In this document: positions 1-7,588 of the stretch, in pieces
Numbering within the stretch: position 1 is the stretch's first letter
How the letters are laid out: every line of letters starts with the position of its first letter
Source: Bdellovibrionota bacterium
Lineage (GTDB): Bacteria; Bdellovibrionota_C; UBA2361
Reading direction: 5' to 3'
DNA length: 13,912 bases
Assembly (NCBI GenBank): GCA_044352465.1
Contig: JBILDU010000082.1
Span: 1-13,912 of the forward strand
Program-made: the position numbers and the translations under genes
Notes under the pieces: model-generated
Database searches by the model: none
Told to the model about the DNA's origin: nothing
What the model saw: only the letters and a program-made list of their open reading frames with translations

Positions 1-393
1 CTCGAATCGCAGTCCTGCAACCGCGCTCTCCGCGATCGGGGTGAAATCGTCGATCGTCAGATGATCGATGGTCGGGGTGGGTGGGGGCGGAACGTCGACT
101 CGCGCGTGAGTCGCGGGGGTGGCCGCCTCGACTTCCTCCGCCTCGGGGAACAGCTCGCTTTGCGAGGGGGGTTTGCTCGAAAGGGGGGGCTGGGACGCTG
201 AGTTTAGGCCAAGAGCGCTCGAATCGAGGCTAAAGAGGTTGTCGCAACGGGAACAGTGGAAGCGGGGGAAGTCGATGCCTTTGAGGCTCGGTGAGGCGAC
301 GAGAAACTTGGTCTGGCACCCCGGACATTGAACGATGATCTGCTTCGCCTCGGCGCTTCCCTCGAATTGGACCCGTTGAGTTGCCTCTGCCAT
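1..393 (-). CDS. MJ0042-type zinc-ribbon domain protein, 3' end outside the window
   Basis: Manual translation from ATG at 393: MAEATQRVQFEGSAEAKQIIVQCPGCQTKFLVASPSLKGIDFPRFHCSRCDNLF..., open to base 1. Has IIVQCPxCxTKF...CxxCxxxF, then a Pro/Ser/acidic linker. GGAGG lies upstream on the - strand. Confidence 0.8.
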   Translation of the reverse strand, partial: MAEATQRVQFEGSAEAKQIIVQCPGCQTKFLVASPSLKGIDFPRFHCSRCDNLFSLDSSALGLNSASQPPLSSKPPSQSELFPEAEEVEAATPATHARVDVPPPPTPTIDHLTIDDFTPIAESAVAGLRFE

Positions 394-700
394 ACGCCTT
401 TTAATCCTCCGCAGCTTTTTGCCAGGCTGTGATTTTACCGGCTTGTAACGTGCTCCTCGTCTCGTTTCGATTCACGGTTGAGCCGTGTCGATGCGCAGCT
501 CAGCTTGCTGACGATCAACTTGAGGGCTTGTGACAAAACGACTTTTTCGGGGAGTGCGCCTTCCTAAAATCACACTTTGCCGAGCACTTTTAAGGTAAAT
601 CAACCTGTTCGATGGTGCTAGCCCTTACGTTGCACTCCCGTGCAAGGTAAGGAGCTCATCCCCTGTGTTCAATCGTTCACCCCAAAGCGGGTCCATCGGG

Positions 701-721
701 GGGCGCACGCGCCCTTTCTTT
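701..721 (+). terminator. Possible intrinsic terminator in the divergent intergenic region
   Basis: GGGCG-cacg-CGCCC followed by TTTCTTT. Confidence 0.35.
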
Positions 722-915
722 GAACGCCTTGATAAGGGAGGGGGGGCATAGAATACTTAGGAGGTGAGAGCCCCGCGCTCGGGTAACTACAGCTTCCAGC
801 CACGATTTGACGAGTAGGCACTTGTGACAGCGCAGCCCCAGAGGCCGTTTTTGAGAGGTCTTGGAGAGCGGGGTGTTTTTGCGGGGAAGGGCTTGTTACG
901 CCCAGGGGGATTAAG

Positions 916-1752
916 GTGACGAAACGTTCGCATGGAAAGATGAGACCGCGGGGTCCAGCTACCGGTCGCCCGGAGCGTGGGGCAGGGCCGCGAGTTGCCT
1001 CTCACGAGAGATTAGTTGTGGGGCGGAATGCCCTGCGTGAGTTGGTGCGTTTCGCGCCCGACCGATTGGTGCGGGTCTTGGTCGCTGACGGGCGAAGCGG
1101 GGAGAAGGGCGAGCTTCTCGCCGCGGTCGAGGACGCTGGGGTGGCGGTCGAGGTGCGCTCATTCGAGGAGCTCACACGGCTGGCTGAAACCGACTCGCAC
1201 CAAGGTTTTGTCGCGGTCGTTACCGAACGAAAGCGCCCCGACCTCGCGAGTTTCTTGGCGGATTCGGAGGCACGTCCCGAGGGGGTGGTGTTGGTCCTCG
1301 ATGAGATCAATGACCCCCAAAATTTGGGGGCGATACTCCGGGCCGCGGAGTGTTTCGGGGCTCAAGGGGTGATTATGTCTCGAAACCGTGGCACTGGGAT
1401 CACTCCGGTTGTCACCAAGGCGAGCGCGGGGGCCTCTGAACTCGTTACCGTCGTCACGGTCTCGAATGTGGCCGATGCTGTTCGGAAGCTTAAAGAGGCC
1501 CAATTCTGGATCGTCGCCGCCGATTCGGTTGAGGGGGGTGGTGAGCTCGGAACGTTCGAGTTTCCCGAGCGCAGTGTTATCATCATGGGTTCGGAGGGCC
1601 GGGGGGTACAGCGTCTTCTCCGCGACCTTTCCGATTTCAGAGTACGTATTCCGATGGTTGGCCGCATCGATTCCCTCAACGTCGCCCAAGCGACCGCGGT
1701 GTTCTTGCACGCTTTTCGGACTTCGCGTCAGAGCTGCCGTCAGGGCGCGTAA
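916..1752 (+). CDS. rlmB: 23S rRNA Gm2251 2'-O-methyltransferase (TrmH/SpoU family)
   Basis: N-terminal substrate-binding domain (VVGRNA..., SHQG). SPOUT motifs LDEINDPQNLGAILR, IMGSEGRG and IPMVGRIDSLNVAQA. Start uncertain (GTG 916 or ATG 940). Confidence 0.9.
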   Translation: MTKRSHGKMRPRGPATGRPERGAGPRVASHERLVVGRNALRELVRFAPDRLVRVLVADGRSGEKGELLAAVEDAGVAVEVRSFEELTRLAETDSHQGFVAVVTERKRPDLASFLADSEARPEGVVLVLDEINDPQNLGAILRAAECFGAQGVIMSRNRGTGITPVVTKASAGASELVTVVTVSNVADAVRKLKEAQFWIVAADSVEGGGELGTFEFPERSVIIMGSEGRGVQRLLRDLSDFRVRIPMVGRIDSLNVAQATAVFLHAFRTSRQSCRQGA

Positions 1753-2066
1753 CGCGATGACCCGGAGTCTCCGCTGCTCCCGCTTGCCCACCTCGCTGAA
1801 AAGTTTTGGGTGAAGTCCTGGCCTGACCAGGCCAAGCGTCTCGGGCAAGTTCGTCGCCAACACCCCTGATTTCCAAGTGCATCCATGCACTTGCTCCCCA
1901 TCGCGTGGCACCTTTGCGCCGCGTGAGAAGGGGGCTTCGCAGTTTCCAGTGGGGGAGATTGATCTGCTGGACAGGGGGGCTAACTTAAAGTAACTTAAAT
2001 CTTTCGATGGATAAGGTGCTCGTCCTTGCAGCCAAGTAAGGTGAGTCGCCGCGAGAGGGAGGTCGT

Positions 2067-2906
2067 TTGGTCGATACCGTAACTTCCAGTAAAGAATCAG
2101 GTTCCGATGAGTTCGGGCATTTCTTTGAGGTCAAACTCGAGATGTTCGACGGGCCGATAGACCTGTTGCTCCACCTCGTAAAAATGAACGAGCTGCCGAT
2201 TGAGAAGCTCGCCTTGGCTGAGGTAACGGCGCAGTACCTCCAGTGCATCGAACGAGCCCGCCAGTTCGATCTCGAGGTCGCGGGTGAGTATCTGGTTATC
2301 GCGGCGACACTCCTTTCGATCAAGTCATCGGTTCTCCTGAACGAGCCGGTTGAGTTGGTGGAAGATGAGGAGGGTAATCTCGTCGATCCCCACGCCGAAC
2401 TGCTCCGACGTCTCCGCGAAGCCGAGGTTTATCGCCAGGGAGCTGCGGGGCTCAGTTGTCGTGAAGTTCTGGGGGTAGACGTTTTTGCTGCCGTGCCGTC
2501 GCTCGCGCAGTTCGAGCCTCCGCCGGTGACCTTTAAGGATCACGATCCGATTTTACTCGGCAAAGCCTTCGCTAAGCTTCTCCAGCAAGCTGGAAGCTCG
2601 GTCCAAGAGATGACGATTCGGTTTGAGGCCATCTCGATCGTGGATCGAATGATGACCGTTCTCGATACCCTGAAGCGGTGTGGAGGACGGATCGTTTTCT
2701 ATAAGCTCGTGCCCGATCTCACTTCTCGCTCGGCTATTATCGGTAGCTTTGTGGCTTTGTTGGAGCTGTGCAAGCGCCAGGCGATTCGGGTCCAACAAGA
2801 TGAAAGCTTCAAGGAGATAGTTATCGTGCTCGCCTCGGCGGATGTCGATGCGTCGGGGATGAGCTCTGAGTTTGATCAGCCGGCGGGCGCGTCGGCGAAT
2901 GGGTAG
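2067..2906 (+). CDS. scpA: Segregation and condensation protein A (kleisin)
   Basis: FDGPIDLLLHLV, EYLVIAATLLSIKS and C-terminal FVALLELCK motifs. GGAGG precedes the TTG start; adjacent to scpB. Confidence 0.95.
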   Translation: MVDTVTSSKESGSDEFGHFFEVKLEMFDGPIDLLLHLVKMNELPIEKLALAEVTAQYLQCIERARQFDLEVAGEYLVIAATLLSIKSSVLLNEPVELVEDEEGNLVDPHAELLRRLREAEVYRQGAAGLSCREVLGVDVFAAVPSLAQFEPPPVTFKDHDPILLGKAFAKLLQQAGSSVQEMTIRFEAISIVDRMMTVLDTLKRCGGRIVFYKLVPDLTSRSAIIGSFVALLELCKRQAIRVQQDESFKEIVIVLASADVDASGMSSEFDQPAGASANG

Positions 2907-3694
2907 TGATTGGTATGACCGAGGAACAGGTGACGAGCGAGGCTACGGGGGAAGTCGTGTCGGGTGAGGTGGAAGCCGCAAAGACGTCTGAACCTGCGGA
3001 GGCGGAGAGCAGTGAGGCTGCGGGGCGTGAGGAGGGTACCCTCGATAGTCGTGAGCTCGATCTTTCGGCGCTCCTAGAGGCGCTCCTGTTCGCCAGTGGA
3101 GAGCCTTTGAGCGCGGAGAAGTTGTGCGAGGTGGCGCGGTGCGATGAGGCCGCGTTCGCTGCAGCCATCGCCGCCATCGAGGAGCGGTTGAAGGCTGAGA
3201 CCGCGGGCTTTTTGCTCGTACAGGTTGCCGGGAAGTATCAGCTCCGTACCAAGCCCCAATTCGCCGATTTCATCCGCGAGCTGCGGGCGAGTCGTCCACG
3301 CCGCCTCAGTCAGCCAGCGTTGGAGACCTTGGCGATCGTGGCGTACCGGCAACCGATTGTGAAGAGCGATATCGAAAAGATCCGTGGGGTCGATGTTTCT
3401 CCGACGTTAAAGACCTTAGTTGATCGCAATATTATCAAGATCGTCGGGCGGCAGCCCTCGGTAGGGCAGCCAGCGCTGTATGGAACAACAGAGGAGTTCC
3501 TCAAGCTGTTCGGACTCAATTCTTTGAGCGAGCTTCCAACCCTTCGGGATATTAAAGAGCTCGAGCGCGAGCCGGGTGAGGGGGATGATGAGAGCTCCGA
3601 TGCAGCGCCAGAGGGTGAGGAGGAGGGGGCGACCCCCGCCGAGGCTTCAGCTCCTCATGCGGATGCTGCGGTGGGCGAGCCCGTTACTCAGTAG
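2906..3694 (+). CDS. scpB: SMC-Scp complex subunit ScpB
   Basis: LEALLFASGEPL, LSQPALETLAIVAYRQP, IEKIRGV and LYGTTEEFLKLFGL motifs, with acidic terminal tails. GTG overlaps the scpA stop; ATG 2915 is an alternative start. Confidence 0.95.
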   Translation: MIGMTEEQVTSEATGEVVSGEVEAAKTSEPAEAESSEAAGREEGTLDSRELDLSALLEALLFASGEPLSAEKLCEVARCDEAAFAAAIAAIEERLKAETAGFLLVQVAGKYQLRTKPQFADFIRELRASRPRRLSQPALETLAIVAYRQPIVKSDIEKIRGVDVSPTLKTLVDRNIIKIVGRQPSVGQPALYGTTEEFLKLFGLNSLSELPTLRDIKELEREPGEGDDESSDAAPEGEEEGATPAEASAPHADAAVGEPVTQ

Positions 3695-3792
3695 CGGTGA
3701 GCCGCAAGAGCGGAGAAATCGCATTTTCACCCGGGTGGCCCTTTGCTGCGGGCTCCTAGCTTGTTAAGCGCCTTTCCGCTAAACTCCACCCC

Positions 3793-4662
3793 ATGGCATT
3801 AATCCGACTCCAGAAATTTCTCTCCGAATGTGGTGTAGCCTCACGGCGTAAGGCCGAAGAGCTGATCGTGGCCAAGAAGGTTAAGGTCAACGGTCGCATC
3901 GTGGCTGAGCTAGGGACCAAGATAGACCCAGCCACGGACCGAGTGCAGGTTAAAGAGCGCTACGTGGCGATGGTGGAGCGGGGGGTGATCCTCCTCAATA
4001 AGCCGCGCGGAGTCGTCTCTACCTTAAGTGACCCGGAGGGGCGGCCAACGATCGCCGATTTTCTTACCAAGCATTTCCGCTCCTATTTTCCGGTGGGGCG
4101 GCTCGATTGGGAGTCTACCGGTTTGATGGTTTTGACGAACGACGGCGAGATGGCTGAGCGGCTGCTCCATCCGCGCTATGGGTTCGAGCGGACCTATCAC
4201 GTGAAGGTGAGTGGTCGGGTCGAGGAGAAGACGCTCCGGAGGATCGAGCGGGGAATCAATCTTGAAGACGGGCCGGTGCAGGCGAAGGGGACTATCCTTG
4301 AGACCCTCGATGATGCGACGTGGCTCGAGGTCACCGTAACGGTCGGGAAGAATCGGGTCGTGCGGCGGATGATGGATGCGGTGCACCATCCCGTTCAAAA
4401 GCTCCAACGAGTGAGTCACGGTCCGTTTAAGCTCGGTAAACTTAAGCCCGGAGAGATGCGGCGATTGAGCGAGAAAGAGTATCTTTTGCTGCGTGAGCGA
4501 GTTCTCGGGGAAGATGCTGCGCCGAGCGGCGAGTCGGCTGAGCCACGCCGGGAGAGAAAAGGCTGGGCGGTCCCCTCAAAAGGTGCCCCACGGGATGTGC
4601 GCCGTTCCACCGGTCAGCGAAGAGCCCCCGGAAAGAGAAGAGGCCGTACCCGCCTCCATTAG
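3793..4662 (+). CDS. rluB: RsuA/RluB-family rRNA pseudouridine synthase
   Basis: S4 domain (RLQKFLSECGVASRRKAEE), LNKPRG and catalytic VGRLD, with a basic C-terminal tail. scpA-scpB-rluB is a well-known gene order. Confidence 0.9.
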   Translation: MALIRLQKFLSECGVASRRKAEELIVAKKVKVNGRIVAELGTKIDPATDRVQVKERYVAMVERGVILLNKPRGVVSTLSDPEGRPTIADFLTKHFRSYFPVGRLDWESTGLMVLTNDGEMAERLLHPRYGFERTYHVKVSGRVEEKTLRRIERGINLEDGPVQAKGTILETLDDATWLEVTVTVGKNRVVRRMMDAVHHPVQKLQRVSHGPFKLGKLKPGEMRRLSEKEYLLLRERVLGEDAAPSGESAEPRRERKGWAVPSKGAPRDVRRSTGQRRAPGKRRGRTRLH

Positions 4663-4707
4663 CCCAGACTTTTTCAGCTGAGAGGATTATGCGGGTCCCC
4701 CCAACCC

Positions 4708-5092
4708 TCCGAATCTTGGCGCAGCCAAGTTCAGATAGGAAAAACGGATAGGAATATTTGGTGCTTGAATAAGCGAAGTAGCTTTGGGGGTTGTTAGGGT
4801 ACCCCTAACCCGTCATCTGAATCTTGGCGCAGCCAAGTTCAGATAGGAAGAGCTCTAAGGGTTGTTAGGGAAACCCTAACCCGTCATCCGAATCTTGGCG
4901 CAGCCAAGTTCGGATAGGAATGGATCGAATGGATCGATAGGAATGGATCTCAGGGTTGTTAGGGAATCTCCCTAACCCGTCATCTGAATCTTGGCGCAGC
5001 CAAGTTCGGATAGGAATGGATCGAATCTCAGGGTTGTTAGGGAAACCCTAACCCGTCATCTGAATCTTGGCGCAGCCAAGTTCAGATAGGAA
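4708..5092. repeat. Tandem array of two-hairpin 62-64 nt units (4 complete, 1 partial)
   Basis: Unit GGGTTGTTAGGG-[loop]-CCCTAACCCGTCATCYGAATCTTGGCGCAGCCAAGTTCRGATAGGAA at 4788-4849, 4859-4920, 4953-5016 and 5031-5092; partial copy at 4708-4741. Linkers are 46, 9, 32 and 14 nt. Confidence 0.95.
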
Positions 5093-5099
5093 AAAAAAG

Positions 5100-5176
<77 letters not shown>

Positions 5177-5191
5177 ACATTGAAGAGACCA

Positions 5192-5223
5192 AGTATATAG
5201 CCTTGGGCCCTGCCGGAAGTCAA
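5192..5223 (-). promoter_or_regulatory. Putative sigma70 promoter of tRNA-fMet
   Basis: TTGACT (5223-5218), then 18 nt to TATATA or 20 nt to the overlapping TATACT (5197-5192), just upstream of the tRNA. Confidence 0.55.
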
Positions 5224-5360
5224 GGGAAGGGGAGAAAAATGAGGGATTATCGACCCGTTAGGGGGTGGTAAGGAGTGCTGCGGTCGCACGCCTTTTTAGG
5301 TTATGGTAGCGAACGAAACGGGGCCGAAGCGGATGCCCGGCACAGATTGCGGAGTAAAAT

Positions 5361-6896
5361 ATGACCGTCGCCTTATCAACTATTCAAAAGACCCTTCGCC
5401 TTGAGGCGCTCAATAGTGGGGCGTACGGACGGAATTTTATCGGTGCTAACTCCGGGGCAACCTTTGAATCGCGCTCGCCGATAAACGGGGAGCTTTTGGG
5501 GCGTATCGCCGTCGCAACCGCAGATGATTACGAGCGGGTGATGCGGGGGGCGCTTGAAACTTTTGCGGAGTGGCGCGCGGTTCCCGCCCCAGAGCGGGGA
5601 CAGGTCGTGCGGAAGATCGGGAACGCCCTTCGTGAGTACAAAGTTGAGCTCGGTGCGTTAGTAACCGCTGAAGTTGGCAAGATCACCGCTGAGGGCCAAG
5701 GGGAGATCCAAGAGGCGATCGATATCGCGGATTTTGCCGTGGGCCTCTCTCGCCAGCTCTACGGTAAAACGATGCATTCGGAGCGGCCGCTCCACCGGAT
5801 GTACGAGCAGTGGCATCCGCTGGGCGTGGTGGGATGTATTACCGCATTCAACTTCCCCGCGGCGGTATGGGCGTGGAACGCGATGATCGCTGCGGTGTGT
5901 GGTGATGTCGTTGTCTGGAAGCCTTCGGAGCTCGCTCCGCTCACGGCCCTTGCGATGCACAAGATCTGCGACCAAATCGCAACCGAGGCGGGGTTCCCGG
6001 GGCTCTTTAGCTTGGTGATGAGTGCGGGCCCTGAGATGGGTGAGCGGTTGGCCGCAGACCGCCGTGTTCCCCTTGTTTCAGCGACTGGGTCGTGCCGGAT
6101 GGGGCGAGCCGTTGGTGAGGTCGTGGCGCGGCGACTGGGCCGCACGATCTTGGAGCTCGGAGGAAACAATGCAGTGATCGTCTTGGCGGACGCTGATCTC
6201 GATATGGCTGTCCGGTCGACGGTTTTCGGTGCGGTGGGGACGGCGGGGCAGCGGTGCACGACGACCCGCCGTATCCTCGTCGAGGCAGCGGTGGCTGAGG
6301 CTTTCACCGCAAGACTGGCAGCCGCTTATCGACAGGTAAAGATCGGCGATCCGCGTGAGGCGGGGATTCTCATGGGGCCGCTTATCAATAGCCGTGCAGT
6401 GGAGGCGTACGGTGCTGCGATCGATGCAGCCAAGGCACAGGGCGGGGAGATCGTGTGCGGCGGTGCGATGCTGCCGGGTATGCCGTCACCGCTCTACGTC
6501 GAGCCAACTATCGTTAAGGCACGTGCCGACATGCCGATCGTGTGTGAGGAGACGTTTGCCCCAATCGTGTACGTCATCCCGATCAAAGATGTTGCTGAGG
6601 CGATCGCCTTGAACAATAGCGTTCCTCAAGGGTTGAGCTCCGCAATTTTCACCCGTGATATTCGCCGAGCCGAGAGCTTCCTCTCCGCAGTCGGGAGCGA
6701 TTGCGGTATCGCGAACGTCAATATCGGCACTTCGGGGGCTGAGATTGGGGGGGCGTTCGGGGGCGAAAAGGACACCGGCGGAGGGCGCGAGTCGGGCTCG
6801 GACTCGTGGAAGCAATATATGCGCCGGCAGACCAATACGATTAACTTCGGCGCCACCTTGCCACTTGCTCAGGGAATTAAATTCGATGTGGGATAA
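5361..6896 (+). CDS. Aldehyde dehydrogenase family 7 (antiquitin / piperideine-6-carboxylate dehydrogenase-like)
   Basis: ITAFNFP, WKPSE, SATGS, catalytic LELGGNN and GQRCTT, EETFAP. ALDH7-typical C-terminus SGAEIGGAFGGEKDTGGGRESGSDSWKQYMRR. GGAG precedes the ATG. Confidence 0.93.
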   Translation: MTVALSTIQKTLRLEALNSGAYGRNFIGANSGATFESRSPINGELLGRIAVATADDYERVMRGALETFAEWRAVPAPERGQVVRKIGNALREYKVELGALVTAEVGKITAEGQGEIQEAIDIADFAVGLSRQLYGKTMHSERPLHRMYEQWHPLGVVGCITAFNFPAAVWAWNAMIAAVCGDVVVWKPSELAPLTALAMHKICDQIATEAGFPGLFSLVMSAGPEMGERLAADRRVPLVSATGSCRMGRAVGEVVARRLGRTILELGGNNAVIVLADADLDMAVRSTVFGAVGTAGQRCTTTRRILVEAAVAEAFTARLAAAYRQVKIGDPREAGILMGPLINSRAVEAYGAAIDAAKAQGGEIVCGGAMLPGMPSPLYVEPTIVKARADMPIVCEETFAPIVYVIPIKDVAEAIALNNSVPQGLSSAIFTRDIRRAESFLSAVGSDCGIANVNIGTSGAEIGGAFGGEKDTGGGRESGSDSWKQYMRRQTNTINFGATLPLAQGIKFDVG

Positions 6897-7069
6897 GGGG
6901 GCGCTGGGGATCTCCTGAGGGGGGGGCGCCTTCGTGTGACTTCCTGCCCCCCCCCCTTCGTCCCACGCTCCAAACGTGGTCGGCGCTTGTCCGCGCCGCT
7001 ATGAGCGGGGTTTAACGTTTTTTACCGCTCCCCGGCAGTGGAAAGGGCTAAACTTGTTGACCGATTCCC

Positions 7070-7098
7070 TTGAACCGCTCTGCCTGACGGGGTAACCT
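7070..7098 (+). promoter_or_regulatory. Putative sigma70 promoter of tRNA-Leu
   Basis: TTGAAC-N17-TAACCT, ending 16 nt before the tRNA. Confidence 0.6.
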
Positions 7099-7114
7099 AG
7101 GGACTTCAGCCTGT

Positions 7115-7198
7115 GCCCTGGTGCTGGAATTGGTAGACAGGCATGATTCAGGGTCATGTGTCCGCAAGGGTGTGGAGGTTCAAGTCCTCTCCAGGGCA
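7115..7198 (+). tRNA. tRNA-Leu (CAG)
   Basis: GCCCTGG/CCAGGGC acceptor stem, D loop GGAATTGGTAGAC, anticodon arm CATGA-TTCAGGG-TCATG, long variable arm, GGTTCAAGTCC, discriminator A. CCA is not encoded. Confidence 0.96.
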
Positions 7199-7408
7199 GT
7201 TTTTTATTGAGTTCCTTTAAGTAAGGTTTAAAGGGCCCTTCATCCCGCGAAAACCTTATAAGGGAATGAGCAGTTATACGCTCTTGTTCGGCGAGCCCCT
7301 CCTACGGTACCGTCCGAACATGCGGATCCGTAGGGGGGCAAGCGAAGAGAATACCAAAGAGATTCTTTGCCTCCCATTAAAAAGAGCTTTTTTTTGAAGA
7401 TAGCGCGT

Positions 7409-7588
7409 ATGTCGAAGTTTCTTTTTCCGGTCGCTGTGGTTGTCCTTCTTGCCCTCTCCGCCTGTAAGCGGAATACCTTTGAGTATGCCCGCACTGAAAC
7501 ACCGAAGGGTGCCCCCCAGTACACCTTCAATCCTGATCTGAACCAACCCGGGGTCTCGAAGCCCGTAGATGCAAGTAAGCCAAAATAA
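7409..7588 (+). CDS. Small putative lipoprotein (59 aa)
   Basis: From ATG 7409: MSKFLFPVAVVVLLALSAC-KRNTFEY..., i.e. basic N-terminus, hydrophobic core and lipobox LSAC. A hairpin follows at 7600-7625. Confidence 0.7.
   Translation: MSKFLFPVAVVVLLALSACKRNTFEYARTETPKGAPQYTFNPDLNQPGVSKPVDASKPK

Noticed and set aside
749..766. TAGAAT followed by a perfect AGGAGGT Shine-Dalgarno suggesting a hidden small gene
   Set aside because: There is no start codon at a usable spacing downstream and no well-spaced -35 element.
4788..5054. Telomere-like TTAGGG/CCCTAACCC in the repeat unit
   Set aside because: It occurs once per arm as an inverted pair, not as tandem telomeric repeats, so it is best explained as the hairpin A stem.
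4708..5092. CRISPR array or TIGR-like guide array
   Set aside because: Repeats are 62-64 nt, linkers vary from 9 to 46 nt and largely copy the repeat tail, there are no fixed-length unique spacers, and no cas or tas gene is in the window.
7195..7205. tRNA-Leu lacking an encoded CCA as a sign of a pseudogene
   Set aside because: The cloverleaf and promoter are intact, and many bacteria add CCA post-transcriptionally.
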